Below, in pieces: positions 49,663 through 62,900 of a stretch of 64,000 nt of DNA. Location: assembly GCF_011386835.1 (NCBI RefSeq), contig NC_088794.1, forward strand, positions 132,990,001 through 133,054,000, in the 5' to 3' direction. The notes below the pieces were generated by a model, which made no database searches, was not told where the DNA came from, and saw only the letters and a list, made by a program, of their open reading frames with translations. Within the stretch, counting starts at the first letter, position 1. Each line of letters starts with the position of its first letter. A program made the position numbers and the translations under genes. The DNA comes from Chrysemys picta bellii. Taxonomy: Eukaryota.

Positions 49663-50655
49663 ATAGTAAACAACAAGAAGTTACACAGACAAGATTTCTA
49701 CAAGTATTTCCAGATGAGGGTCAAGATTTTCAAAAGCCATACATGACTTTGAATGCCTCAAATCCTTGGTGCCCAACTTGAAATATTTTTAAAGGGGACT
49801 GATTTTCAGAAAATGCTGAGCACCCGCCCTCTGAAAAATCAAGACTTTTAAAGTGTCCCAATTTGGGCACCCAAAATTGGAGTCATCCGAGATTACTTTT
49901 TAAAATTGTGGTCATATCCTTAAACACAGAGGGCCACATTCTGCTCTTAGCACCATGGATGTAAATCAGAATCTGCCCGCCCATTCTCTGAATTAAAGAA
50001 CAACAATGCCCTTTAGAAAACTCAATAGAAATATATAAACTAAGATCACTAAAGGCTGCAAAATTCTCTCCTGTCTCATGAAGGACAAGTATATATATAA
50101 ACAGAGAGGAAATAGCAGAAAAATAGGAAAATTAGTTTCAGTTTAAGATTGCAGAGCAGGGATGAAAGGAGATTTGTGCAGACGCACATAAATGCATCGC
50201 TGCCCCAAGCTGGTGAGAATTTCAATGGAAAATAATCAAATATTTCTGTACACCAACCATACAAAACAAACTAGATTCAACTAAATCTGATTTATGCTGA
50301 AGAGTGTGCAGTTAGGGAGGAACACATGCACATGGTGTTCTGGTTATATCTCAAAATTAAACTTTGCTGGACTCAAATTTGTGTAACACTTATAAAGAGG
50401 TATTTCTCTCCTTTTTTTTTTCAATCTCTTCTCTGAAAATTTCTGGGAGCCCTGTTGGAAACCCCAGTAAGGCAACCCAAAGAAAGTTATCTGTGGGGAA
50501 TTGTGATCACTGCAGCAAAGAAATGAATCTTTATACTCTGGTTAAATTAATCAAGCCCTTCAGCTAAATGATGGTATCTGAAAATAAGGGACATACTGAA
50601 AATGGAAAGAATAGCAGCCAATCGGCAACAAGATCATCTGTTATTAACTATAGAG

Positions 50656-50964
50656 CAGGGGTAGGCAACCTATAGCACGTGTGGCGAAGGCGGCACGCGC
50701 GCTGATTTTCAGTGGCACTCACACTGCCCAGATCTTGGCCACCGGTCCGGGGGGCTCTGCATTTTAATTTAATTTTAAATGAAGCTTCTTAAACATTTTA
50801 AAAACCTTATTTACTTTACATACAACAATAGTTTAGTTATCTATTATAGACTTATAGAAAGACCTTCTAAAAACATTAAAATGTATTACTGGCACATGAA
50901 ACCTTAAATTAGTGTGAATAAATGAAGACTCGACACACCACTTCTGAAAGGTTGCCGACCCCTG
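50656..50964. mobile_element. hAT-Charlie-like MITE
   Basis: TIRs CAGGGGTAGGCAACCT / AGGTTGCCGACCCCTG; perfect 8-bp TSD CTATAGAG. Confidence 0.95.
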
Positions 50965-53672
50965 CTATAGAGTATACAATAATAAAGCCATATCTTCAAC
51001 CAAAAATTAAACAGGAATAATACCAACACATTAAGAATAATAATTTACAACAAATACTTCAAAGCACCACTCATATATGCAGTTAATTTATAACCATAAG
51101 ACTTTTGATAACATTGTACTTCACTCATGCGTTTATCACTCGGCAAAATTCATCTTATCTTTTGACATTAATAAAAAATGCAATATTTTTAAGGGGCATT
51201 AATTGCAGAAATAATTAGTGGGCAGATAATGGACATGTAAATGTACTAAAATGGACGTAGACAAAAATTAAATGGCAAGATTACACAATCTGTGTGGCTA
51301 TTCCTCTTGACCACTTTTAATTAAATGACAATGTATTGAGACACAGTAAAATAGAAACCATTCTCTAATGGATGACATCACTGTTTACAAAAGCAAATGC
51401 ACCTTTAGGTCACTAATTTGTATTGTCTCACATTAGTAACAATCAAAATTCATTACTACATAGTGGCTATTGACCATCTCAGTGAAGTCCCTAGTCAGCA
51501 AGTATACACGACAGAAACAACCAACACAACTAGAACACTTGGCAGGAGTCTCAGCAAAGAGGCCAAGGACTGCATCCACATGAAGAATAAGCTGTCTTCC
51601 TGTCCCCTCTGGTCTCTCCCTACAGGTCAAGGTAGAAGCCCACTTACAGCACAGTATGGGAAAGCTCAGCTGTGGAAAAAGTATTAAATATGAGCAGAGG
51701 AATGTGTAACAAGATTCAAAGATATCGATTCAGAGGGTACTGAAGCTATACATTATGTCAATAATCAGTAATGAAGCACAGACAGCCCAGCTGAAAAAAG
51801 AAAGCACAGAAAGTGAATATGCTTTACAACAATGGATTCTTTTAAGTGAAAAATATGAACTCTTCTGAAAAGATACACACTGAAGAACATTATTGTTTGA
51901 CTTCGGTGCATTCATTTCAGCAATCTTTGACACAATATTCACAACACAGGCTCAATTAATTCAAACCTTTCTGATTCAAGAATTCCTGTAATCCAAAACA
52001 AGGTCAACTCCCCCAGCATCTATTGCCTTGAAAATTCCACTCCGTCAAAACCTTGACTGCCGGGGCTTACTCAATGTCTCCCATGACATTCGGATGATCA
52101 AGGTTATACTGTACTAGTGAGTCACATTAACTATTTTATTTAATCTAAGCATATGTAATGTGCTGTATTTTCCCCATTGAAAAAATATTTGGTTTACTTA
52201 AGATAAAAGTTACATGTTGTACTTCTGTTCATGTTTTTGGCACTTTCAGCCTAACAGTGGATTAGATCATGGCCAACTCTTACACAGGAGCATAAGAGGA
52301 AGTTAAAACCCTGCTTCCGCACACACCTGTCTGCATAATCTCCCCAGGCACAGAGAGAAAAGCAGGGGCGTGTGCCCAGCACTTCTCAATCTTGCCCAAA
52401 TCAGAGAGGCACAGTTGGCTTGGTTCCACCCACACACTAGCCAACAAAACTGAGCTTACATGGTGTGGACAGTAATCTCCCTTTCAGTTCAATAATACCA
52501 TCACCATTAATGCACACAAAGAGCTGAAAATCACATTGTGACATTCAGCCTTAACCCCTGCATTCTAGTGTTATGTTGTTTAATCTTTCAATGACAATTA
52601 TCAACTTAAAATTACTAGCTGGCACCTCTACATAACATACACTAGAAAAAGAATTCAAAACTTCTTACCTGTTTAAAAGCCACATGTTTCTACCATGTAC
52701 TTACTACTGACTTCCTCAAAAAGTCAACTGTACTGTATACACTACTAAATTAAATCTTACCCACTGAATTATACAGATGCATACAGATTCATATGTGTAC
52801 TAACAGTATGTTATACAACAAAGCAGCAAGTTAATGGCTTGAAATCAAGGGTGAGCGCTGCCATGTGATTTTTCAGTTATTTGGGTTGGATACTGAAGTC
52901 AGTGGTACTGTTAAACTGAAAGTGAGAGTGTTAAAGAGGGTTACTAGCTGAGGAGCATCATCACAGTTGCCAGCTAACACTTTGAAACTGGCATTGCTCT
53001 GGATGTGAGTGGTCTATATCTTTGTTGCCTTGCTTATGATTTCTTGCTTTTAGTGTAAGGAAATAACAGAGTCAACATTGCTCAAATGTAACAAAGCACT
53101 TAGTGTGGGATAAAAGTTAGTACTAAATCTGGTGCAAACCTTTCAAGAGGAGCAATGTAAATGAATCTTCTCAATTCCCATGATTGGTAGTGGAAGCATT
53201 TATTCCAGTACAGTATGTGATGAAAAGACTCAGAATGGGTAATTTTGGTGTGCTTCTGTACCATAGCTGGCATCAAAGGAGTTTAATCAATTACATCATC
53301 TTCTCCCCGCGCCCCAGAGAAAAAAATAGCCCATTATATCCAAACCAAAGGAAATCCTTAATGGGAGACCTCTTAGAAGCAGTGTAGAGTAGAGATCTTT
53401 GATAGATCCCTGAATGATTAGAAATCTGAGCAAGTTTCAAATTTCCTCAGAATAGCTTCATAAAATTCTGGTATCAGCACTGCCTCCCTCTGTCAAGTGT
53501 TCTGCTTTCACCATCTATTTGCCATGGGTTGAACTGGGGGAGAGAGGATAACTGGTGGTGGTAGTACTTTCCAAGTTGCACCCACAAAATAAGCAACACC
53601 CATATGGATCATCAACATGAGAGGCTGCTCAAAGGAGATCATACAGCTGTTCCAAATATGATTGTGTACGTT

Positions 53673-54405
53673 TGTCAGGATCCTGGGTGAAGGTAGACAG
53701 GACTAGTAGCAGGACCTTGGGAACCAGGAACTGAAGCTAAGGGTCAGAGCTGGTATCAGAGTCAAGAGTCAAGTTGAAGCGCCAAGCCAAAGTCAGAAGC
53801 AGGAATCAGACTGAGGGTCAATACCAAGTATCAAGGCCAGTGTTGGGGTTCGAGGGCTCAATTAGGAGTGCCAGTCCCAGTCAGAACTGATATCAGTACT
53901 GGGAGTTCAGAAGCAGAGTGGTCATGGCAGCTAGCTAGAGATCCATACTGGTGCCTGGACACTTCCTGGTATGCTCCATGGGCTTATACATTAACAAGGA
54001 GCCAATCAGGGATCACTAAGACAACTGTCAGTTGGATCACTTGAGGCGGAACTTCCTGTGGAGTGAAATCTCTGCATCTTGTGGGTCACAGGAAGTAGCC
54101 AGGTTATAGCTGCTGCCAGGTAGGGTGACCAGATGTCCCGATTTTATAGGGACAGTTCCGATATTTGGGGCTTTTTCTTATATATGCTCCTATTACCCTC
54201 CACCCCCGTCCCGATTTTTCACATTTGCTGTCTGGTTACCCTACTGCCAGGTGCCGTTTGGGAATGTTGGTTAGCTAGAGTCTTAGACTGTTTGGGAGGA
54301 AGAGGGGGGGTTATAATGAATGCTAAGAGTGTGGAGTCCAAGATAGCAACTTCAGATAAGTGCTGGTAGACTGTGTCACCACAGTTCAACCCGAGTCCTG
54401 TATCA
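53673..54405. mobile_element. solo LTR-like element with a hAT insertion
   Basis: TGTCAGG start; internal AGTCAG/AGTCAAG repeats, CCAATCAG box and ACTTCCTG motifs as in 8739-9248; right end and TSD uncertain. Confidence 0.55.
54121..54243. mobile_element. hAT-Blackjack-like MITE
   Basis: TIRs TAGGGTGACCAGA / TCTGGTTACCCTA; perfect 8-bp TSD CTGCCAGG. Confidence 0.95.
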
Positions 54406-55404
54406 TACTTAGGACTTAATCAACATTCTGAAACCCACTGAAATCAATGGGGCTCAGTCAGTAATAAGTGCTATGCCCCCTAGCAAGTGTTGACAGAATC
54501 AGGCCCAATTATTCTCCATCTGAAATCACCAGTAATTTTGCCAATGACTCCAAAGGGATTAGGATATATCAGTCACTGATCCACTTCCCTGGACCCCAGA
54601 CCGAGTGGGGCAGATGAAGACACACATGACACAATTCTGTGAGATGCTCTTTGCCCCGCAGAACTGTACTAGAGCCTGATCCACCACAGAAATAAAAGGA
54701 AAATGTCCCATTGACTTCAGTGGTCTTTGGATCAGGTCCTAGTTCCCTTACCTCACTGGTACTACCCCGGAGAGATGTGGGGAAGGGACAAGATTTAATT
54801 GGGATCTACTGTACATAAAAAAAAATAGGTTTACAATGGATTTTATATAGCTGCATAGTCCTGATTGTTGAAATACCAGCCTGTACTAATAATCTAATAA
54901 CAAAAATATGATGAACAGCAAAACAATTTGACTGTAAACTTGTTGCGTGACCTTAAAAGGCACTTTAGTCAATTAAAGAATATTATGTTTTAAATATAGA
55001 TTTCTAATCACCTGTAGGCAAATCCTCAGTGGGTGTAAATTGACAATCTGACAATTTACACCCACTGAGGATCTGTCCCTCATGATTAGTAGGGCCCAAA
55101 GATTATTAAACAAATGTGGTTCCTATTCTCGTCAACATGGTGTCCCATTAGATTCCATTCTGCAAAACTCCTTTGGTCACGGACAACAAACTGAATTGTA
55201 TTTGAAATCAGAATTTTAATTAAAATCAGCCTCTCTGAGCCTGCTGCTGGCAGTTATTTTCCTGCTGAAAAGGGACAGCTGCTTCCATTGGCAGCCCGAT
55301 GTCAGGGATTGTTAAACCAGTATTAATGCAGGATGGAAGCAGTGAGAGCACGCAGCAGCAGAAGGGTGAGCTAAGGATGAATTCAGAGTCTTACCTCTGA
55401 GTGG

Positions 55405-55427
55405 CTTTCACTTTCACCGTTTCAGTT
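55405..55427 (-). promoter_or_regulatory. IRF-binding/ISRE-like motif with three GAAA cores
   Basis: minus strand AACTGAAACGGTGAAAGTGAAAG contains the canonical GAAANNGAAA; motif match only. Confidence 0.45.
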
Positions 55428-58269
55428 ATTATGCTGCTATTTCAATTCCTGGGGTTTGTGGTTGTTTTTCCATTTGTTTTTGGCTCAACTGGTGCACAAC
55501 ACCAATTAAAATTAGATAAAGAAAATATCAGTTTCTCCAAATACATCATCATTTGTGAAAATGTTCCCTCAGTACATATTAAATGCAGGTTTTGTTTGCA
55601 GTAAGCAAGCATTTGAAACAGCTGCCCTTTTTGGGGTGGACTTAAGAGAATTTGATTTTCTTCACATTTAATATTCAACATTTCTAGCTTTATGCATATA
55701 TTATTCCATAAAGGTATTTTACAGAATACCTATTCTAAATAAATACTGTCTTCTTATTTCAAGGGATTTAAATTAGGTTTCAGGTAATAACTAACAGCAA
55801 AGGACTAACATTCCCATATAATTAATTGAAAAAAACAGTAGTGAATATAGATGGATTTCTTGTTTTTGTAGGCTTTAATATTCAAATGCAATCAGCTTCC
55901 CTTAAATTAATGTTTGCAGAGGTACTGGACCCACTCTAAGCATCCACAGTAATTCATCCCCAGAGAAGAGTGAATCAGAATCCAAAATGTAATATCTGAG
56001 TTTGAAGTACACACTTCATCTTTGCTAGATTTTCCTACAGAGCTTCAGGAGAAAATGATGGGCTATATCACATACTGTAGTTATACTTATCACATTTTTC
56101 CCTATAAAGATACTGTACTGTTTAGTTTAAGAATACCCTTGAAGTTCACAGAGTAAATAACTGTTATTCCTCTAAAAACAAAAAGGTATAGAAGCAAAGG
56201 TATAGCGACCTCACAAAATCAACCTGAGCTATTAAACTAATCCAATACTCTTAAACCAGCTGTTAAACTAACCTAACTTTGGGTGACATCCTAACCCCAC
56301 TGAAGTCAATAGTATTTTTGCTTTATTTCTCTTTTGATTCTAAGGAATACAAAATGGAAAGAGATCTATGTAAACAAATTAAACTGTAAAATGCATCATT
56401 TTAATCAGTAAAATAAGCTTAATTCCCTGTCTGCATAGCTTAACTAAATAAACAACAAAATTAAATCAAAACATAAGGAAGGTGCAAAGATCAGCAGATG
56501 TGATTTTAAATCAATAGTGGATATATGATAGTATAAAGTAGAATTTGCCACTTATAGGGAAAATGTAATGATCATGTAAGATGCTGAGAAATTTCATCCG
56601 AGCATTAAACTATGTGCAGTTTCCTGCCTAAGAGGAAAAATTAGAGAACAAATTCAACTCTCTGTTATGCCAAAGATCTTCTCTTCATCCAAGAACAGAG
56701 GAGCTATTGGGTTTACACCATTTTTATGTCAATTAAAATGTTCCATATAAACAATCTATACTTGTCCAAACTAACAGACTACCACTTCCAAGTCTTTCTG
56801 GGCAATAGTTTAGAAAGAAATACTGTATTACAATTTAAAATAAGCAAATTGCATCTATTTTGGATCAAACAAAGAATTACATGCTATTCTTCAGTTGAAT
56901 AGTTCACGTTTGTCAGAGTCTATCTGGCTGCAACAGTCTATTTTTATATGGTCTCAAACTTGTCCAGAAACTAGCTATAATTCTCTCTATTATTGATTAA
57001 CAAAGCCTTTCAGTTGCATTAAATTAGGAGATTAAGAGGTGTGTTCCTTCCAATTTTTATGTTATGTTTTGTCATTAGTAGAATACAACATTGCCAAACC
57101 CTGACCACAGAAATGGTAAAAATAAATACCAAAGGTCTGAGAAGAGAAAGCCTACAGCCATGAAGAGAAGGTAACTTCAAGGGAGTATCCTGGAAATTAA
57201 GATTTATAAAATCACCAAGATCTAAAGAAACAAATTTCAGATGTTGCATAATGCCATTTTATATGGCTAAAAATAATGGAGTTATGGTGCAAATGCCAGG
57301 AAAAAAAAATCTCTGGAAAACTGCGCAAACACTTATGTTCAAAGAAAAGCCCTGAAACGAGCAAATTATTTGAAGAGTTGGTAAGAATTCAGACACAATA
57401 TAATGAATTCTAGCTTTATGTTGAGAAGGCCATTTGTTTAACGCAGTTCCATCTTACTTAAAATGATCATTTTCACAGAAGTAAGGCATACTGTGTGTGT
57501 AAGATGAGTTTTAGTGTTGTTTCTGGCTTTGGGCTGATAAAAACACTTACAAGCTCAGTAAGCTACTCATCTCAGTTCCACGTTTTAAAGTAGTCTAACA
57601 TTCCTGCCTCTCTACTGCATAGTGAACTCCTACATTCTTGTTAAACTATTCATGTCTCAGCTCCACAGCTTATTCAAAAAATGTTAAACCATTGCTGGAT
57701 AAAATCTTTACATTCTAAGAAGTGAAGGTCACCTCGCAAAGATTATTCTACTCGTGATCCCGAAAGATTTCTTCTTGAATGGACATTTGCTTTAATGCTG
57801 CTTTACCACTCCCCTAGTCAGCTGTAGACTGAAAACGGAAACATCCATGTTCATTTCAGATGAGGAGCACATCACAGTCTGGACAATTCAAGGTTTCAAG
57901 GTTTTATTTTTCTAAAGACATGACAAAAATGTGGTAAACTCTATTACACTTCCCAAATACAGCAAAGTGAAGCAACAATTTTCTGATTCTTCATCCCTTT
58001 TTGGGTCCTGTTATCTCACTACGCAGCATGGGTGAAATCCTGACTACACTGAAGTCAATAGGAGCTCTGCCTATATAGTATTTGTGGCCCAAGAATCAGC
58101 ACTAAACAAAGAGTGGCATACAATGATGAAACTTGCCCACAGCAGAAGATGCACAGCAGTGTGCTGATTATCTTCCACCAACAGAGCTGGGACCCAGTTT
58201 GCCAATTCACAAGTCAGGTCTTCTATGGAACAAGAGCCACTTGATAGAGTCTTGACAAGATATTGTTGC

Positions 58270-58720
58270 CATCACAATATTTAGGTGCTGCAGTTTAAAA
58301 GATGACGAACAACCTTATTTCCATCAGGCACATATGTCTGCTTTCATTCTTCTGAAAGATGTTAGTTGATCGAACTCTGTAGCCATTGAAAACACTAAGT
58401 CCTGTTATAAAACTTCTGTACAGCATAGAGTTTGGTATAATTTGCCATAGTCTTCTCAGAAGGGGTCCAGATCTAAGCAAATAGTGAGTCTCATTCCTAA
58501 GAAAAGTCATCTTTCTGTATCATGCCTGAAGTCACTATGAAAAAGGTAGAGAGACTAGCACTGTCCCTCCCCAAGTACTCGATCTGTATTCAGTCTGTAT
58601 AAAGCTGCAGGTTAAGTTCAGCTCCATGGAGTTCAATTTCTGGACTAGGCTGCTGCCTTTGCTATGGAGCAAACCACTCTGATGGCTACAATTATATGGT
58701 ATCACCTTAGGGTCAAATCT
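58270..58720 (-). mobile_element. ancient L2/CR1-clade RT remnant
   Basis: hand translation of the minus strand gives stop-riddled SLYLFHSDFRHDTE and LTICLDL, resembling LDPxQSGFRxxHxTE and LxLLDLSAAFD. Confidence 0.35.
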
Positions 58721-59989
58721 TCTCATGATTTCTCCACTGCAGAGTTCTAGTAGGAGACTGATAATCAACACAGTTATTCCACCCCATAGAATCAGTGTTC
58801 TATCTACTGTTCTTTACAGTCTCTCAGGCACTATGCATTATATTAGTGTTTTGAGTGCCAAACAGGATATTATTTAAGGAGAGAGAAGCATGTTGGAGGG
58901 AGGGGCCTAGATATTATATATTTCCCCCTCCACCTCCCAAAAATGTGTTTCTCTATTTGGGGCATGAGTTATAATAATCCATTTCTGAAGAGCCCTCTTT
59001 CATCTCTGTCCCTTAAGATGGTGTACAGAACAATAAAAACATTATTCCAGCTTTTATTGCACTTCAGAAGTGGAATTAATAGCAGAGGTTACAACACATA
59101 CAGGACCAGCTAAGATTGTATTAAAACCCAACGTAGGGAAAAAAATGTTAGGTGAACTGAGATGATCTGAGACACTAGTCAAAGGGCAGCAAGACCTGTA
59201 CTAACTAGGAGTAATTGCTCCACTGTAGTTACTTGGGATGAGTAGCCACTTATGGGAGGAGAAATTATTTATTTGCAGATTTAGGTCTCATCCAAAGTTC
59301 AATGAGATTAATACAAGTCTTTCCCATCTCTTTTACATTTTCTGTCCTAACACATTAACTACATGTAACTGAAAAGATACGAGATGTGGGAAGTTGTATA
59401 TGCTTTTGCACTGGGAATTAGAAAATAGAAAATAAACATGTAAATATACCATTTCAACACATCCTCTAGATCAAAGCAGAACTGATGTTTTTAATTTTAG
59501 CTTTTTGAGGTTTTGTTTTTATAAGTTGCTGAATTTATTTTGTAGCAGCTGGTAAAAAAAACAAACTTTACCACAAGGCTAGAAATCAAATTTACCAAAT
59601 TAAGAAAAACTAGAACCAAAAAACCTCAAAAGGGGAAAAAGAAAATTTAAAACGTAGACACATACATATGTATAATTATACATTTAAATGTACACACACA
59701 CGAGGTTAGTGACTGTAGACCATAGACCACATGTAGATGGGTGAAAACCATCTATACCCAAATGTTCTATTGTATTGTACAGCATTTAGAATAATGTATT
59801 CTCTGAGATCTCCAATGCTGAGGATTGGGAAGGTACAAGAGTTTTCCTTGATAGAAGTCTTTATACATTCAAAAGAAATACAGGCTCTAGTTCTAACAAC
59901 AGAGTTTAGCCCTTAGCAACTACATCAGTTTGGCTTAACAGACTGAAGGCACATAAATGCAACTGCAATTGTGAATAATGTCGAATTTA

Positions 59990-62900
59990 ATATAAAAGGC
60001 TCTGGCACCATACTACAAAGGTAGCCAGCTGAATTCACAGTGTTCTATTGAATCTTTCCACCATCCCATCAGATTGTGGATGTGATGTGGTGCTGCAAGT
60101 TGTGTGGACCCGTAGACTATCACAAGCCTGTGAAATATTTTAGTTTCAAAGTTTCTCCCTTGATTGGTGTGCAACTCCCTCAGCCCCCAAGTCTGGTGAA
60201 GAATTCATTCACTAGGATCCCTGTCACAGCCTTTTGACTTCTTATTGGGTAAGCCTCAGGCCATTTTGTGAAATAGTCCATAGCTACCAGCAAGTATTGA
60301 TTGCCCGCCTCTGTCTCAGGCAAAGACCCAATGCACATCAGTGGGAATATGCTCTACTGGTGCTCCCATGAAACACTGCTGCAAAGGGGCTCTCCCTGTC
60401 TTAGGGAGACCCTTCTTTGAATCACATTTCCTGCACCAATATTCTGCATTTTACCCAATAGAAATTCTCCCTTCACTTGGCTAAGGTTTTTGCAACTCCA
60501 AAATATCCAGCAGTTTTAAAATCATGACATAACATCAGAACCTCCTTTTTCAATGTATCTGTATCCCTCTGGCTGCTTTCTCCCATCTATTCTAGAACAT
60601 TCCATCTTCCAATCCAAGCTTTCCCACTGTGACCAGAAAGCTTTTACTGTGGTGTTGCAAGGTGACAACTTTCCAGGGTGACTGTGTTTGCCAGCTGATT
60701 TTCCAGTCACACACTATTCGGATATCAAAATCCAATCTGCTCTTTAGGAAACTTTTAGTTCTGGAGTGCATTCCTGCTACCCCACTCCTATTGTTCCAGT
60801 GGATAAAGTAGGAACATTTGCACTTCTGCATATTAGGTGAAGAGAGGAGAAAGCCATCTCTTTTGAGCACACTCATTCACTTGAGCAACTAATACTTTGC
60901 TCCCCTGGTCAGGGCAGTGTATGCAATTATCACACCCAACAAGGCATCAGCATTACTATGTGCTTTTGCCCAGGCCTGTGTGTAATTGTGAAATCAGAGC
61001 ACTGCAATTTTTCCAACCACCTGGCAAGTTGCTTCTCAGGATTCCTTAATCTAAACAGCCATTGCAGGAAAGCATGGTTTGTCCAAACCATAAACTTCCT
61101 CCCATATAAATAAGTGATGAAAATGTTCTATATATTTAACCACCACTAGGAGTTCTTTTAGGGTGGTGGGATAATTTCTTTCATGAAAACTTAGACTTTT
61201 GCTGTAAAAGCCACCACCCTCTCAAGCCCTCTGTGTCCTTGTGTCAGTACTGCGCCCAACATGAAAGGGGTTTTGAAACATGGGTAGACCAAGACAGGTG
61301 CAGCCACTAGAGCCTTTCTCAACTCTGAAAATGCTGCATCACACTCTGCTGACCACTGAAATGACTTCCATTTCTTACCCAACCTAAGCAATGGTTTTGC
61401 AATATTAGCAAACCCACAAATAAACCTTCTGTAGCAGGAGCAGAGTCCTACAAAATTCTGCACATTTGTGTGTGTCTAGGGAGTCCGCCAGCTCTGTAAA
61501 GCTTTTCTGCAGTGGAAATTCCCTCCTCACTAATTGTGTGCCCAAGGTAAAGGACCTCTTTCAGAAACAACTCACATGTAGTTGGGTTTAATTTCAGATT
61601 GGCATCCTTCAGCTTATCCCAGGCTACTTGTAAGTGTATCAGTTCTTATGCAAAGGTTTTAGCATGCACCAAGATATAATCTAGGTATAAGAGACAGGCT
61701 GAGAGGGGCATGCCATGGAATCCCTCTCACATGTGGCTAGTGCATTGCACAAGGAAAAAGCCATCACTTAAAATTGCCACAGACCTTGCCCTTCTGTGAA
61801 GGCAGTTTTTCCTGTCCTTTGCATCCACTTCCACTTGCCAATACCCACTTTTAAGATCCAGTGTAGAAATCCAGATTGAATGTGCTACATCATCCAGAGT
61901 ATTCTCTATTTGTGGTGCGGGATAAGAGTCCAAGTGACTTCATTTGGTTTTCGATAGTCTACACAGAATCTGGGGGTGCCATCCTTTTCCTTAACTGGAA
62001 TTATGGATAAGGCCCAAGGGTGGTTGAAGGCTCATTTATGCTTTCCTAATACATTTCCTCAATGGCCTGTAATGCCTCTTTCCTCTTTGCTACTGGTTAC
62101 TGTTTATTGGGTTGTTTTCCCCTACTATCGAACTTATGCTGGACTAGTACAGTACAACCTATACTTTTGTTTGGCAGGGAGAACAACTCCTGATTCCTAA
62201 TCAGAAAGTCTTGTAGACCATTCTGCTGTTCCCCATTTAACTGTACACCACTGTGCCGGAACAAGCACAAGGGTTAGTCTGCACGGTGCCGCAATGCACA
62301 CTACCGGGGTGTGATTTCTAAAGCATCCTAATGTGTTTCACACTAATTGGTCCATGCAAACCCTGCTGGTGCACACTAAGAGTTTCCTAGTTTCAAACAG
62401 CACTATGTAAAGCGCACTCGAGAACTTTTAGTGCACACCACAACAGGGTCTACATGGACCAATCAGTGTGTAAGACATGCATGTTGCCGCTCCATGTAGA
62501 CAAGCCCCAGCAGAACTCTGTGAGCTCACCTTTAACCCTTGGCCCCTTGTAGTTTTCTTCTATATCAGCATTTACTAGATCAATTGGTTCACATTTTGCA
62601 ACCATGGCTCTCTTCATTACTATTTGCTGCTTGTTGGAAACATTCAGCAAATGAATCTGTTCCTGTTTAAGCGCCACAACAGCTTTAGCAGCTAAGATTC
62701 CCCCAAGACCCTGGGTTTCAAAACAGGTTTCAACCACTGCCCATCTTCCTTTTTCTGGAAAGCTACCATAGCCTGTAGCTGTTATAATGACTTCTGCCCA
62801 TGGAAGCAGGGAAACTTGTTCACTGTGAGCCAACTGCCTACAAACCATTTGTTTCACCTGGGCTACTTCTTTAGCGGGAATTTCTACCGACTGGATTTGT

